This document shows, one piece after another, positions 9,457-18,569 of a stretch of DNA of 64,000 bases. Each line of letters opens with the position of its first letter. Within the stretch, counting starts at the first letter, position 1. Under the pieces are notes generated by a model, which saw nothing but the letters and a program-made list of their open reading frames with translations, did no database searches and was not told the origin of the DNA. Both the position numbers and the translations under genes were made by a program. Source of the DNA: Bdellovibrionales bacterium (GTDB lineage Bacteria; Bdellovibrionota; Bdellovibrionia; Bdellovibrionales; UBA1609); contig OZ241329.1 in assembly GCA_965199825.1 (NCBI GenBank), forward strand, positions 704,362 to 768,361, given 5' to 3'.

Positions 9457-10266
9457 ATGCTTTTGCTGATCCTTATTTTTCAGATTTCGATTTTTGCAGA
9501 AGATTTTTGCGCTTCGCTGAACAACACTTTTGGTACGATCAAAACTTCCACTCAGTTTGAGCGCATTCCAATCCAGCCTTATATTCAAAACCGAAGTTTT
9601 GATGACTACGATTTGTTTTCTCAGAGACAACTCTCGAAAGTTTTAAAACAAAAACCTGAGCCGATCTGGCTCGATGCAGGCTCCGGAACCGGCACTGCGC
9701 TTAGGCAACATCTCGAGCAAAATAAAAATTCAAAAGCGATTGGAATCATCCGCGAAAGTCCACTGCGCCCCTTTGATTGGTATAGCTTTTCAGAAAGAGA
9801 GCGACTCAAGTGGTTTCAAGGTTGGAAAATTGAAGACATCGCGAATGCTGAAATCGGTGAGGTGGACATCATCACAGATATTCTTGGCCCATTTGTTTAC
9901 AGCAGTGAGCATCCTGATCGTATTCTTAAAAAGTATTTGCAACTGCTGAGACCGGGCGGGCATTTGTTTCTTGCACTTCAAAATAGAAGCATCGTGATCG
10001 ATCACGAAGTCGAATTCACTATAGCAAGATGGTTGCAACATCAAGTGGATTGGAAGAACTCAAAAGTCGAAGTTCATTATGGCTTCAATATGATCGGGAC
10101 AATTGTGCCAACGATGTTCATTGTGGAATTAAGTGAAGAGTCTCGTTCGATTCATATTCCTAGCTTAAAAAAGAAGAATCATATCGCCAAGACTTTGTTC
10201 CCGCCTGCCGTGGTGTATGAAGTCCAACGCTCATTCATTCAGGGTCCTGTGCAAATGGGTCACTGA
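9457..10266 (+). CDS. class I SAM-dependent methyltransferase-like protein with N-terminal signal/anchor
   Basis: MLLLILIFQISIFAEDF hydrophobic N-terminus. Motif I-like IWLDAGSGTGTAL and a post-II/III-like LQLLRPGGHLFLAL. Confidence 0.5.
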   Translation: MLLLILIFQISIFAEDFCASLNNTFGTIKTSTQFERIPIQPYIQNRSFDDYDLFSQRQLSKVLKQKPEPIWLDAGSGTGTALRQHLEQNKNSKAIGIIRESPLRPFDWYSFSERERLKWFQGWKIEDIANAEIGEVDIITDILGPFVYSSEHPDRILKKYLQLLRPGGHLFLALQNRSIVIDHEVEFTIARWLQHQVDWKNSKVEVHYGFNMIGTIVPTMFIVELSEESRSIHIPSLKKKNHIAKTLFPPAVVYEVQRSFIQGPVQMGH

Positions 10267-10406
10267 AGATTATTTCACTTACGAGCTAGAAATAATTATA
10301 AGACAGATTCAAAAAATTCGGTTTTTCATTAAATAAATCCAGTTCATGATAGAAATCAACTTTCAAGCTCTTACGCTAAATTTGATCCTTAAAAAGGAGA
10401 GTGAAT

Positions 10407-10700
10407 ATGAAATCTATCGCGTCCCTCACTGTTGCATTTGTTTTATTGACGAGCGGGACTGTGTTCGCAGAATCAGTTTCAGAATGCCGGCCAAAGTTCG
10501 CAATTGCGATAGAACGCGCAACTAAAAATTGCGCAGTTTGGGGTTGTCACGGCATCATCGCAACAACTGCTGAGGTTATCGCTCAAGGTATTAACAATCC
10601 GAGCGAGATAATAGCTGAAGTTAAAAAACGAGAGGGCAAAAACTATTATTCTGAAGGCCCGCTTTTATTGATGGCAGAACTCGGTCTAATTAAATTCTAG
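10407..10700 (+). CDS. small exported hypothetical protein
   Basis: AAGGAG lies 7 nt upstream of the ATG at 10407 (the track starts at GTG 10401). Signal peptide MKSIASLTVAFVLLTSGTVFA. Confidence 0.5.
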   Translation: MKSIASLTVAFVLLTSGTVFAESVSECRPKFAIAIERATKNCAVWGCHGIIATTAEVIAQGINNPSEIIAEVKKREGKNYYSEGPLLLMAELGLIKF

Positions 10701-10837
10701 GAAAATAGTAATTTTGTAAAGGATCGAAACTTCTTCCGTGTTCGAATGTGTTTTCAAAATTCCCTATTGTTGCCATCATAACTTTAAGAAGATTTGCAGA
10801 TCTTTTATCTTTCCGATACGACAGCAAAGAGGTGCAG

Positions 10838-11875
10838 ATGCTTAATTTTTTATTCAGTTTTTTGGTTGTCAGTCCATGTGCACAGGCAAGCAGCGTTTAT
10901 GAGTATCTTGTGCACGATGCGGCAGAAGTTGCTGAACCCACACGGATGACATTGCTCAAGGTTCTTTTTAAAGGATTGGGTCAGCTGACCGAAGAAGAGC
11001 TCAAAACAATTGTGGTCAAAGAAACTAATGGCAAGTTTCAAATTTCACCTCTTAGTGAAGAAAGCCCACAAAACTTATTTACGTTCAGTGAGCCTCTTCA
11101 AGGACATCCTCTCACTGAGCTCGATGATCACGATTGGTATTTACGACAGAGCATCACCCAAGGGCTTTTTTTAAATGAGCTCCTTAAAGACGTCAAAAAA
11201 AATCCAAGCTGGAATGCAGAGAAGGCTGCTGTACTGTCACAGCTGATCGATCATGCTGCAGAAACCGAACTTGCTCGGCTGAAAGCATTAGATTTTATAA
11301 ACCGAAGCTTTTTTTATCGTGTATTGTCCGATGAATCTCCCGTGCATCTTTCGGCTTATCGGCTTTATTTTCGATTGCTGGTGAGCGGTCTGATTGAAGG
11401 ATATGAAGCCAACACTGGACGCATCATAACATCGATTAATTCTTCAAATTTAAACAATGACTTTAAAGCGATCACGCCCATTTTTGATGAAGAGCGTGTG
11501 ATCGCATTTTTGACCGTTACGGCTATGGCCATTCTTTATAGCGGAATTGAGCCTGTTTCTTTATTCCTCCATCCAAACATGAAATCTTTTGAAATAGCTA
11601 AAAATGCTCAAGGCCTTGCAGTGATTTTGAATCGAATTTTTATAAGTAAACAACTTTCGGTTTCAGCACACCCGAAATCCCTCTTCAAAAAGTTCAGGCA
11701 GTATATAGATTTTGTTTTGCAGAATAAACCTGATGATGCCTATTCTGATTTTGAAATATCAAAACAACTCCTCACTCTCACGAGAGACCTTCGTGCAACC
11801 CTAATGGCCACCCCCTTTGCTCAATCCATTATTGAACCCTGCACTGTTTATTTAAGTCCGAAAGTGAAGCTGTAA
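10838..11875 (+). CDS. exported hypothetical protein, family A
   Basis: The in-frame ATG at 10838 gives MLNFLFSFLVVSPCAQASSVY (signal peptide). The track's upstream extension from 10748 has no export signal. Distant paralogue of 7238..8305. Confidence 0.6.
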   Translation: MLNFLFSFLVVSPCAQASSVYEYLVHDAAEVAEPTRMTLLKVLFKGLGQLTEEELKTIVVKETNGKFQISPLSEESPQNLFTFSEPLQGHPLTELDDHDWYLRQSITQGLFLNELLKDVKKNPSWNAEKAAVLSQLIDHAAETELARLKALDFINRSFFYRVLSDESPVHLSAYRLYFRLLVSGLIEGYEANTGRIITSINSSNLNNDFKAITPIFDEERVIAFLTVTAMAILYSGIEPVSLFLHPNMKSFEIAKNAQGLAVILNRIFISKQLSVSAHPKSLFKKFRQYIDFVLQNKPDDAYSDFEISKQLLTLTRDLRATLMATPFAQSIIEPCTVYLSPKVKL

Positions 11876-11881
11876 GTCTTT

Positions 11882-12034
11882 GGTGATTCTATTGCTACGA
11901 ACTTGACTTGGCCTCATCGTATTTCTGATTCAGAACAAAAATTAAATATAAAAGATCATTCCGCCCTTGATCGAAGACTTTTTGGAAATCTAACTTACGC
12001 GAAAATTACGAAGTGTGTGTCTTCCTACTCATAG
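11882..12034 (+). pseudogene. orphan 3'-end fragment (51 codons) of the 183-aa family B gene
   Basis: Aligns by eye with the last ~50 codons of 15114..15665. Shared strings include cgtatttctgattcagaa, cccttgatcg, agactttttgga and aacttacgc. Translates to GDSIATNLTWPHRISDSEQKLNIKDHSALDRRLFGNLTYAK, compared with NDPVATHFTSPSRISDSEEKLDMNDDATLDRRLFGDPTYAR. No start codon or N-terminal part. Confidence 0.6.
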
Positions 12035-12065
12035 GTACTGAACCAATTCGAGGATTCGATCGACT

Positions 12066-13033
12066 TTAGAAAAGTGGAATAGATGAACTACCATTTGTAG
12101 TGGGCCATGATGCAAATGTCAGCGGCGTTGCAATCTGAGCGGGTGAGGTTGTAAAAGTTGTTGCTGTGCCCGCCGCTGAGCGAATGCAGGTTGTGACTGG
12201 ACCCGAGCAATCAATTCCCGACGCTGTCCAATAGAGGGTTGAATCTCTCACGTCCAGCCATGCATGATCCACACTTGAAGTAGCATTCGGAGCCAAGATT
12301 ACAGCTACTGGAGTCTGCCAAGAGCCAGAAAAAGTCGAACTCCAAAAGCTTTTTAAATTGGCACTCGAACATGTTGATCCATTCGATACATTTCTACTTG
12401 AAGTAAAAATAAGTTGAGAGCCGCTACTATCAAACATCGGGTTGTCGTCGTTACAGCTTGTTGAGTTTTGCACAAACGAAGATGGAACTGAAAATGAGTT
12501 ATCGGCTGTTCGTTGAGTCAAATATATATTTCCATTTCCAGAGGATTTTTCATATTTCACAAAGGCCGTTATTGGAGTGGAGCTTGCCATCTTTAATGCG
12601 GCTAAACTTACAGTCTGAGAACCGTTCAAATTTAAATTTGTGAGTGTCCATGCAGACCCTGTTATAATACCGCGATAAATATTAAAATTTCCTGTTATAC
12701 CTGGAGAGTTTTGGGTGACAAAACTGGGGGTCGGGGCACAACTTCCATTATAGGTTAAACTCCCATTGTTTAAAGCTGTCCAATCAATCGAACTCACTCC
12801 AAAAAACAATTCACTCCCCGTCCAATACTGTGAATCTATCCAGCACCCTTGGGGATTCATATTGCTTGGGAGCAAATAAACAGATTTTCCGGTCAACGAT
12901 CCCGATAGACTCAAGCCTGTAATCTGTGGGCCAACAACAATATATGAACTGGACACATTCGAAGTTAAACTGCTGTTGAATTACTACACGCTACAACCAT
13001 TAGAGCTATTACAGCGATAAATAAGCGAAACAT
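12066..13033 (-). CDS. lipoprotein with TolB/PD40-like beta-propeller-type repeats, apparent frameshift between signal peptide and body
   Basis: The track ORF 12066..12956 has no export signal. In another frame, 13033..12965 reads MFRLFIAVIALMVVACSNSTAV-stop, a complete lipoprotein signal with lipobox VVAC. The body frame is open from 12980. The body has DDNPMFDSSGSQLIFTSSR-type PD40-like strings. Confidence 0.5.
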
Positions 13034-13138
13034 TAAAACTGTGTAGAAAATGGTTCTGAGATTTAACATACAAAATCGTAAATAAATTGTATTTTAATCG
13101 CAAGACTTCTTTCGTTTAGCACTTCCTAGCCTTACCAC

Positions 13139-13359
13139 CTCGTCTTCAAGCAGTTCTTGAACCTCCATTTGGAGGCGACACTTTTGAAAGAAAAAATGGA
13201 AACGGAGCTTGCAGATGCACGACCGATCCAATCCTGAAATAGCAAAACAAATCCTCACTCTCACAGAAAGACCCTCGTGCAACCCTGATGGCGAACCCCT
13301 TTGCTCAATCCATTAATGAACCCTACGATGCCTATTTAATTCCAAAAGTGAAGTTGTAA
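13139..13359 (+). pseudogene. decayed 3'-end fragment of a family A gene
   Basis: 13225-13359 aligns closely with 11745-11875. The string cctcactctcac...cgtgcaaccct.atggc..cccctttgctcaatccatta.tgaaccct...aaagtgaag.tgtaag matches, including the stop codon. A 1-nt indel (acagaaagaccctcgt vs acgagagaccttcgt) breaks the frame. Weaker similarity extends back to about 13139 (LVFKQF vs SLFKKF). Confidence 0.6.
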
Positions 13360-13434
13360 GTGCTTGATATTTTCACATCACGAACGGACCGATCGCTTCT
13401 TGAAAATCTGAGAGCAGTTGTGTAACCAACAGAA

Positions 13435-14931
13435 ATGAAAAACATTATTTTTTTTGTTTTAATTTTTTGTCCTTTGCTTTCGCAAGCCACCATCAAGGCC
13501 AATCGCCGAACCGTTTTAGGCTCAGGCCCGGTCAGTTTTTTGATGGGACTTTTTCAACCTCAAGCACCCGCGGCAGATCCGACAAAAATTGTGATTGATG
13601 CTGCACAAATATTTCATCCTGACATTCAAGATGCCGATGGCTCAATCGTTAAAGCACGGACACGAGCCTTTCACCGACTATGGGTGGATTCGCGATCGAG
13701 TGATGTTGATCAACTGAGCAATGCCAAAAAATACCAACATTTCGGGCCTCTGCAAGCCGATTTGCTTGAAGATTGGCTTGTTACTCATCCTGATGCCGAA
13801 ATTCAAACACTGCTCGATAAGTACGATCTTATTAAATATGCTTTCGCAAATCCAAATTTTATATCTGATGACCCATTGGTCTTCGAGATCCGTCAATCTC
13901 CCCGGACTGTGTTTAAATTGCGAGAACGCCTCGAGCGAGATTTGGCAAAATATTTTTATGAGCGTATTACTGAAGCTCCATGGAAAAATCTTTCTTGGGC
14001 TCAAGTTTTTGGGCCAAAAATTGCTGCAATGGAATTGCGGCTTGCTTATAAATACAATGTTGGAATGGGCAAAGTGGATCATGCTGTGGAATTTGGAATC
14101 AATGGCAATTACAAGATTGATTCACAGATTCGAAGTCTTGTCTTAGGCCAATTTCAGCCCGAGGATCTTGAGCTTTATAGTTCTCAATTTATTAATGAGT
14201 ACTACGCGGGTTTAGCAAAAATATCTCCTCGTTTTTTTCGCCATAGACATGAAAGCCCAGGCTTTCAAAAAAATAATCGTTTCAAAAACGATTGGATAAA
14301 AACTGTTCGCAACACAATCGCGAGTGCCCTTCAGGCCGAATTTGATGAAAGAGGAGTGCGCAGTTTTGCATTCAATAAATTAGCAAATGGTTTCTATTTA
14401 TTAAAACAGCATCCTGGAGTCCCTCCCGAATACACCGCCGCCTATCTTGAATTTTTAAAGGAACTAGAAAATCTGCGAGAGATCCTTTTCCAACTACCCA
14501 TTTCAGATTTTAAAACAGTCAGCTTAGAACAAGTGGAATATTTAATAAAAATCGCGAGCGAAGAATTGAATACACTTCCGCAACGCCTGGATATTCAGCG
14601 AAAAATAAGTGAGGCGCGGGCATCAAGAATATCTTCGAGCGATTTGGAAAACCACCCTCCGCCAACCTCGCTCGAGTGGCGCACATTTGGATTTTCAAAT
14701 GCGTCTGAGGCGTTTACAAGCTCGATGAAATGGCTAGAAACGGTTCGTGAAACTGGAATGAAGTTGGGGTTAAGTGCAAAAGTTCTAGAAAGCCTGGCGC
14801 TGGCTTTGCATGAGCCAGAACCTTGCAACGTCCTCTTAATGGAAGCACCCGTTGAAGACATTGCTGAAGACAAAAATGAGAGACAAGGAGCAGCTGTTAT
14901 TGCTGGAAATGTATCTCCAACAATCAATTGA
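13435..14931 (+). CDS. exported hypothetical protein
   Basis: 498 aa with signal peptide MKNIIFFVLIFCPLLSQA and no recognisable family. The last ~20 codons are read from a duplicated segment (see repeat 14860..14923). Confidence 0.6.
   Translation: MKNIIFFVLIFCPLLSQATIKANRRTVLGSGPVSFLMGLFQPQAPAADPTKIVIDAAQIFHPDIQDADGSIVKARTRAFHRLWVDSRSSDVDQLSNAKKYQHFGPLQADLLEDWLVTHPDAEIQTLLDKYDLIKYAFANPNFISDDPLVFEIRQSPRTVFKLRERLERDLAKYFYERITEAPWKNLSWAQVFGPKIAAMELRLAYKYNVGMGKVDHAVEFGINGNYKIDSQIRSLVLGQFQPEDLELYSSQFINEYYAGLAKISPRFFRHRHESPGFQKNNRFKNDWIKTVRNTIASALQAEFDERGVRSFAFNKLANGFYLLKQHPGVPPEYTAAYLEFLKELENLREILFQLPISDFKTVSLEQVEYLIKIASEELNTLPQRLDIQRKISEARASRISSSDLENHPPPTSLEWRTFGFSNASEAFTSSMKWLETVRETGMKLGLSAKVLESLALALHEPEPCNVLLMEAPVEDIAEDKNERQGAAVIAGNVSPTIN
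14860..14923. repeat. 64-nt copy of 15675..15738 (intergenic spacer plus the last 13-15 codons of the minus-strand glycosidase-like gene)
   Basis: Hand alignment gives about 58 of 64 identical positions. The reverse strand reads GDTFPAITAAPCL here and GDAFPAMTAAPCL-stop in the source gene. Here the stop is mutated (tta to tga on the + strand). Confidence 0.7.
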
Positions 14932-15113
14932 ATGTCTGGATTGTGTTCAAATTCTTTCACCACAAATATAGTAGTAACAACTAACCCCACCCTTCAATGG
15001 CATCTCGATGGCTCAAATTTGTGAACGGAACAAAAGAATTTCATGCCATAGCCATTTAAAACACAAAGACCGACGCATAGTCTTTGCATCATAGACGAGA
15101 GGATTCTTAACTT

Positions 15114-15665
15114 TTGGAGATTAAATTGAAATCAATTATTCTTATGTGCCTCTTAACAATGGGCATCGGTGCTACTGCACAATCATCTGATGTAGAAATG
15201 ATCACAAAAGGTGACCTGATTTTCGATATCGGCACTCTAGATGCGGGCTCGGTTCCAGGTTATGTCACTGGAAAACCGCCACAGTTTTTATTTGAGATCA
15301 AATTAACGGGCTCGAATGGAAATCATGATTTTAAGGAAATAACATTAAGATCTCTTCGACTTGGGAGTGTACCAACGGGCGAGAAAAAGAACTTGAACAG
15401 AGAAATTCGAATTGATAAAAATGAAATTAAACAAGTTATAGCCAAAGAATTATCTGGCTTTGATTCGTCACTCATCATTCATATTTGGCTACGACGCATC
15501 GGTTACGTAATGAATGATCCTGTTGCTACACACTTTACTTCTCCTAGTCGTATTTCTGATTCAGAAGAAAAATTAGATATGAATGACGATGCCACCCTTG
15601 ATCGTAGACTTTTTGGAGATCCAACTTACGCAAGACTTAGTGTTACGTTAAGAAGAGGCCATTAA
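15114..15665 (+). CDS. exported hypothetical protein, family B
   Basis: 183 aa with a TTG start in the track. Signal peptide LKSIILMCLLTMGIGATAQS. Its 3' end has an orphan copy at 11882..12034. Confidence 0.55.
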   Translation: MEIKLKSIILMCLLTMGIGATAQSSDVEMITKGDLIFDIGTLDAGSVPGYVTGKPPQFLFEIKLTGSNGNHDFKEITLRSLRLGSVPTGEKKNLNREIRIDKNEIKQVIAKELSGFDSSLIIHIWLRRIGYVMNDPVATHFTSPSRISDSEEKLDMNDDATLDRRLFGDPTYARLSVTLRRGH

Positions 15666-15691
15666 GACTTAGAGATTGCTGAAGAAAAAAA

Positions 15692-16903
15692 TTAGAGACA
15701 AGGAGCAGCGGTCATTGCTGGAAATGCATCTCCGACAAATGTCCCGTCGGCGATATATTTCGAAATGCTATCGAGCACCGCAGGCTGAACGCCGCCAGTA
15801 AATTGCCACGAGCCATCTCCGGCTTGAATATTCCAAATATTCATTCCCAGCATTGGAACACCTTGAGCACGCATCGACTTTATTGAGTCCGCCATAAAAT
15901 CCCAAAAAGCGGTGTCATTTGAAAGTCCATGACTTGGGCCATTTGGATTTGGCCCACTCCCGGTTTCGGCAAAGTACATTGGCTTTTTAAGCTTCACGGC
16001 GAGAGCGATTTGTTGATCCATTCCCCATCCGTTTGGATTATGCCAAAAACCAACTCGAGTTGGAATATCGTTTACATCTCCTCCACCCCAGTAAGAGTTG
16101 TACTGATCAGCTCCTAAGATATCCCATAACGAGGGATCTGGTAGATTAGTGTCAACAGGAAGTGATCCGTTACCCAGTGCAGGATTGTACATCAAATAGG
16201 CGACAACTCCTTTTTTAAAAGCTTCGGCGCGAAGAACTTTTGCGACATGTTCAAAAGCCGCTTTCCATTTGAGTTGTGTGTCGGGATCGCCAGTTTCACC
16301 GTCGGGCATAAAATTAAAATTATCTTCGTAGCCGATTCGAAAAATCGATACTGGAATTTGTGCGTCTGAAACTGCATCGATCATCTCAATCCAAGTGGCA
16401 TCAAATTTACCGGCAGCAACGTCGACAAAAGCCTGTGGATCACCCCACCCATAATTTTGCGGTGCTGTGTTTGCCCAAAAAAGTTTGATTCCAATAACAG
16501 GAACAATATTTTTTGCAATTGCAGAACTATGCATCGAATCGACCGCACGCTTGAGATTGTAGTACCACCAGTTTTGATCACCGTAGACGGGGAAGACATT
16601 GATTGCGGTAATTGGTTTGCCAAGATCGGCCCCCAAACCCACCACGCCCTGATCCATATCAACATCGTTTCCTGCACCGTAATTCCAAGTTCCCGAGGGA
16701 CCCGAGGTATACGTTCCCAAAAGGTGAAGATTCGATCCTGCGGTTAAACATTGAGGTTGTGTAGCTGGTGGTGTGCTTGGAAGTGATGAGCTGAGATTAG
16801 CTGGGACTGTGTTCATACTTTTTATTTGCGAACAGTTTTGATAGGCACATAACACGCACAAGAGGCCGCTGACTTTGATCGACTTCACAATGAATTTGTT
16901 CAT
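15692..16903 (-). CDS. lipoprotein, TIM-barrel glycoside-hydrolase-like (clan GH-A-like, weak)
   Basis: The in-frame ATG at 16903 gives MNKFIVKSIKVSGLLCVLCAYQNCSQ (lipobox-like YQNC). Candidate catalytic strings are FRIGYEDNFNF and MYFAETGSG. Aromatic- and Trp-rich, as in glycosidases. Confidence 0.45.
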   Translation of the reverse strand: MNKFIVKSIKVSGLLCVLCAYQNCSQIKSMNTVPANLSSSLPSTPPATQPQCLTAGSNLHLLGTYTSGPSGTWNYGAGNDVDMDQGVVGLGADLGKPITAINVFPVYGDQNWWYYNLKRAVDSMHSSAIAKNIVPVIGIKLFWANTAPQNYGWGDPQAFVDVAAGKFDATWIEMIDAVSDAQIPVSIFRIGYEDNFNFMPDGETGDPDTQLKWKAAFEHVAKVLRAEAFKKGVVAYLMYNPALGNGSLPVDTNLPDPSLWDILGADQYNSYWGGGDVNDIPTRVGFWHNPNGWGMDQQIALAVKLKKPMYFAETGSGPNPNGPSHGLSNDTAFWDFMADSIKSMRAQGVPMLGMNIWNIQAGDGSWQFTGGVQPAVLDSISKYIADGTFVGDAFPAMTAAPCL

Positions 16904-17099
16904 AGTCTCTGATCGGACCAATGACTGGTTGTCTCAATTCTTTTTGACCTATATTTTTGTTGTGTCTCTTTTTGAGACAACATCTTTTGATCTTGGGTGC
17001 GAGGGCCGCTGTCGAGATCTGATATTCCATCCGTTGTTGAAATATGAGTGCCAAATTTTGTTTATTGACTCTGGTTTTGATCGAAGGCTTTTAACGAGT

Positions 17100-18569
17100 A
17101 TGCCACTTTTAATCTACGTTCTGTGTTTTACTTCTCAAGCCCAAGCGGTCGATTTATCCCGAAGACTGTTCTTAGCACTGAGTACGGTTGCGGTGACTTC
17201 ACCCTATCTGCCAAAAATTCCTATTGACCTAGAATTCGGCGAAGATCAGATCGCAACTCAGCTTTCGAATTCTTATTTGTTAAATCAACGCTCTATTTTA
17301 TTAGGGACTTCTAGCCAGACCAGCGCTGTCCACTTTTCGAATTTGCTTCAAAAACAAAATGAGATTGCTTTAAACATAGCAAACAAAATTAGTTTTCTCT
17401 CAAAAAAATACCATCTTACTCAAGAAAACATTTGGCTTAACGTGATGCGGGCCTTTGATCAAGAATGGGGACGCATTGCAAAAATTGAATCAGCATTTGA
17501 TCCACTGCCTTTAGAAATTCGCCGCGAGTTTTACAACTTTTGTAGCACGCTGTCGGAGGATCTTAGCCCAACATTTATAAAACATATTTGGTTTTGGTAT
17601 GATAGCTTCGAATTTGATTTAAATTACGAAGATGAGCATGTGTCTACTTTCCATAACTGGCTAGAGGTCGCAGCGTATCAGTGGCAGGATTTTACTTTTG
17701 ATCACAACTATCGATTAGATGAAAATGAAAGACGCACACTTTCACTGAAGGCGGGACAGTACGATCTCGATTTTGCAGCTAAATTGGATTTTCATCCTGC
17801 ACGTCTCTGGGAAGAGATCGACCGCCGAACCAACCCATGGAACTACTTACCATACGGCGATAATTATTTGTTGAGCCGTTTTGCACCTTTGGGCGACTCG
17901 ATTATCGAAGATTATTTTGTAGGCCTTGATAAGGTTTTTCCAGAGGCGGCTCAAGAAATGCGAATTGAATTTGAGGCCGCAAGAAAGTCTATTCTTCATC
18001 CTAGCAATCAATTTGAACATATCGGCCTCAGTTTTACATTCGACGTAAAGCCAATTCAGTTTACGATGAAAGGTTTGGCGGCTTTCGAAACTGAAATGCA
18101 AAGCCTTGGAATCATCATTCCCTCGCATCCAAATTTAATAAATCAAATCGATCCGCAATTTCGAAATATTCTGTATCAGTACTTCTCGGCTAAAAAGAGT
18201 TGGGGCTTTGATATGAATCGGTCAGTGCATGAGCAGCTGGCTGACTCCACCGCTACTCAACGTTCCATCATGCAGAGGCCAGTGATTGATGCCCCGATCG
18301 AAAACAAGCGGGCAAACTTATTAGGCGAAACAATACACGCTCGATTTCATCTGCGGTCTGTTGTGCCAATATTAAAGTCAATTGTACCAAAAATCGGAAA
18401 TCTCGCTGTCCGCACAAATGAAGTTAATGATTGTATCCAAATTCTTTCAACATCAGTAATAAATAAAGAGCCTTTGTTGCTTACTCACGAGGTGATAATT
18501 CCGGCTGTTGATCCCATTCCTTTGGTAGAGGAGACTGCGAATCAGTTGTCCACAGAATCAAAAGACTAA
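17100..18569 (+). CDS. exported hypothetical protein
   Basis: The in-frame ATG at 17100 gives MPLLIYVLCFTSQAQA. The track start at 16875 would overlap the divergent gene 15692..16903. Confidence 0.55.
   Translation: MPLLIYVLCFTSQAQAVDLSRRLFLALSTVAVTSPYLPKIPIDLEFGEDQIATQLSNSYLLNQRSILLGTSSQTSAVHFSNLLQKQNEIALNIANKISFLSKKYHLTQENIWLNVMRAFDQEWGRIAKIESAFDPLPLEIRREFYNFCSTLSEDLSPTFIKHIWFWYDSFEFDLNYEDEHVSTFHNWLEVAAYQWQDFTFDHNYRLDENERRTLSLKAGQYDLDFAAKLDFHPARLWEEIDRRTNPWNYLPYGDNYLLSRFAPLGDSIIEDYFVGLDKVFPEAAQEMRIEFEAARKSILHPSNQFEHIGLSFTFDVKPIQFTMKGLAAFETEMQSLGIIIPSHPNLINQIDPQFRNILYQYFSAKKSWGFDMNRSVHEQLADSTATQRSIMQRPVIDAPIENKRANLLGETIHARFHLRSVVPILKSIVPKIGNLAVRTNEVNDCIQILSTSVINKEPLLLTHEVIIPAVDPIPLVEETANQLSTESKD

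Noticed and set aside
16875-17099. N-terminal extensions given by the ORF track (16875 for 17100, 54041 for 54203, 57392 for 57542, 10748 for 10838, 40457 for 40496, 21670 for 21637)
   Set aside because: The extensions overlap neighbouring genes or use TTG/GTG codons. They also bury a perfectly good signal peptide or lipobox that begins at an internal ATG, often with an SD upstream.
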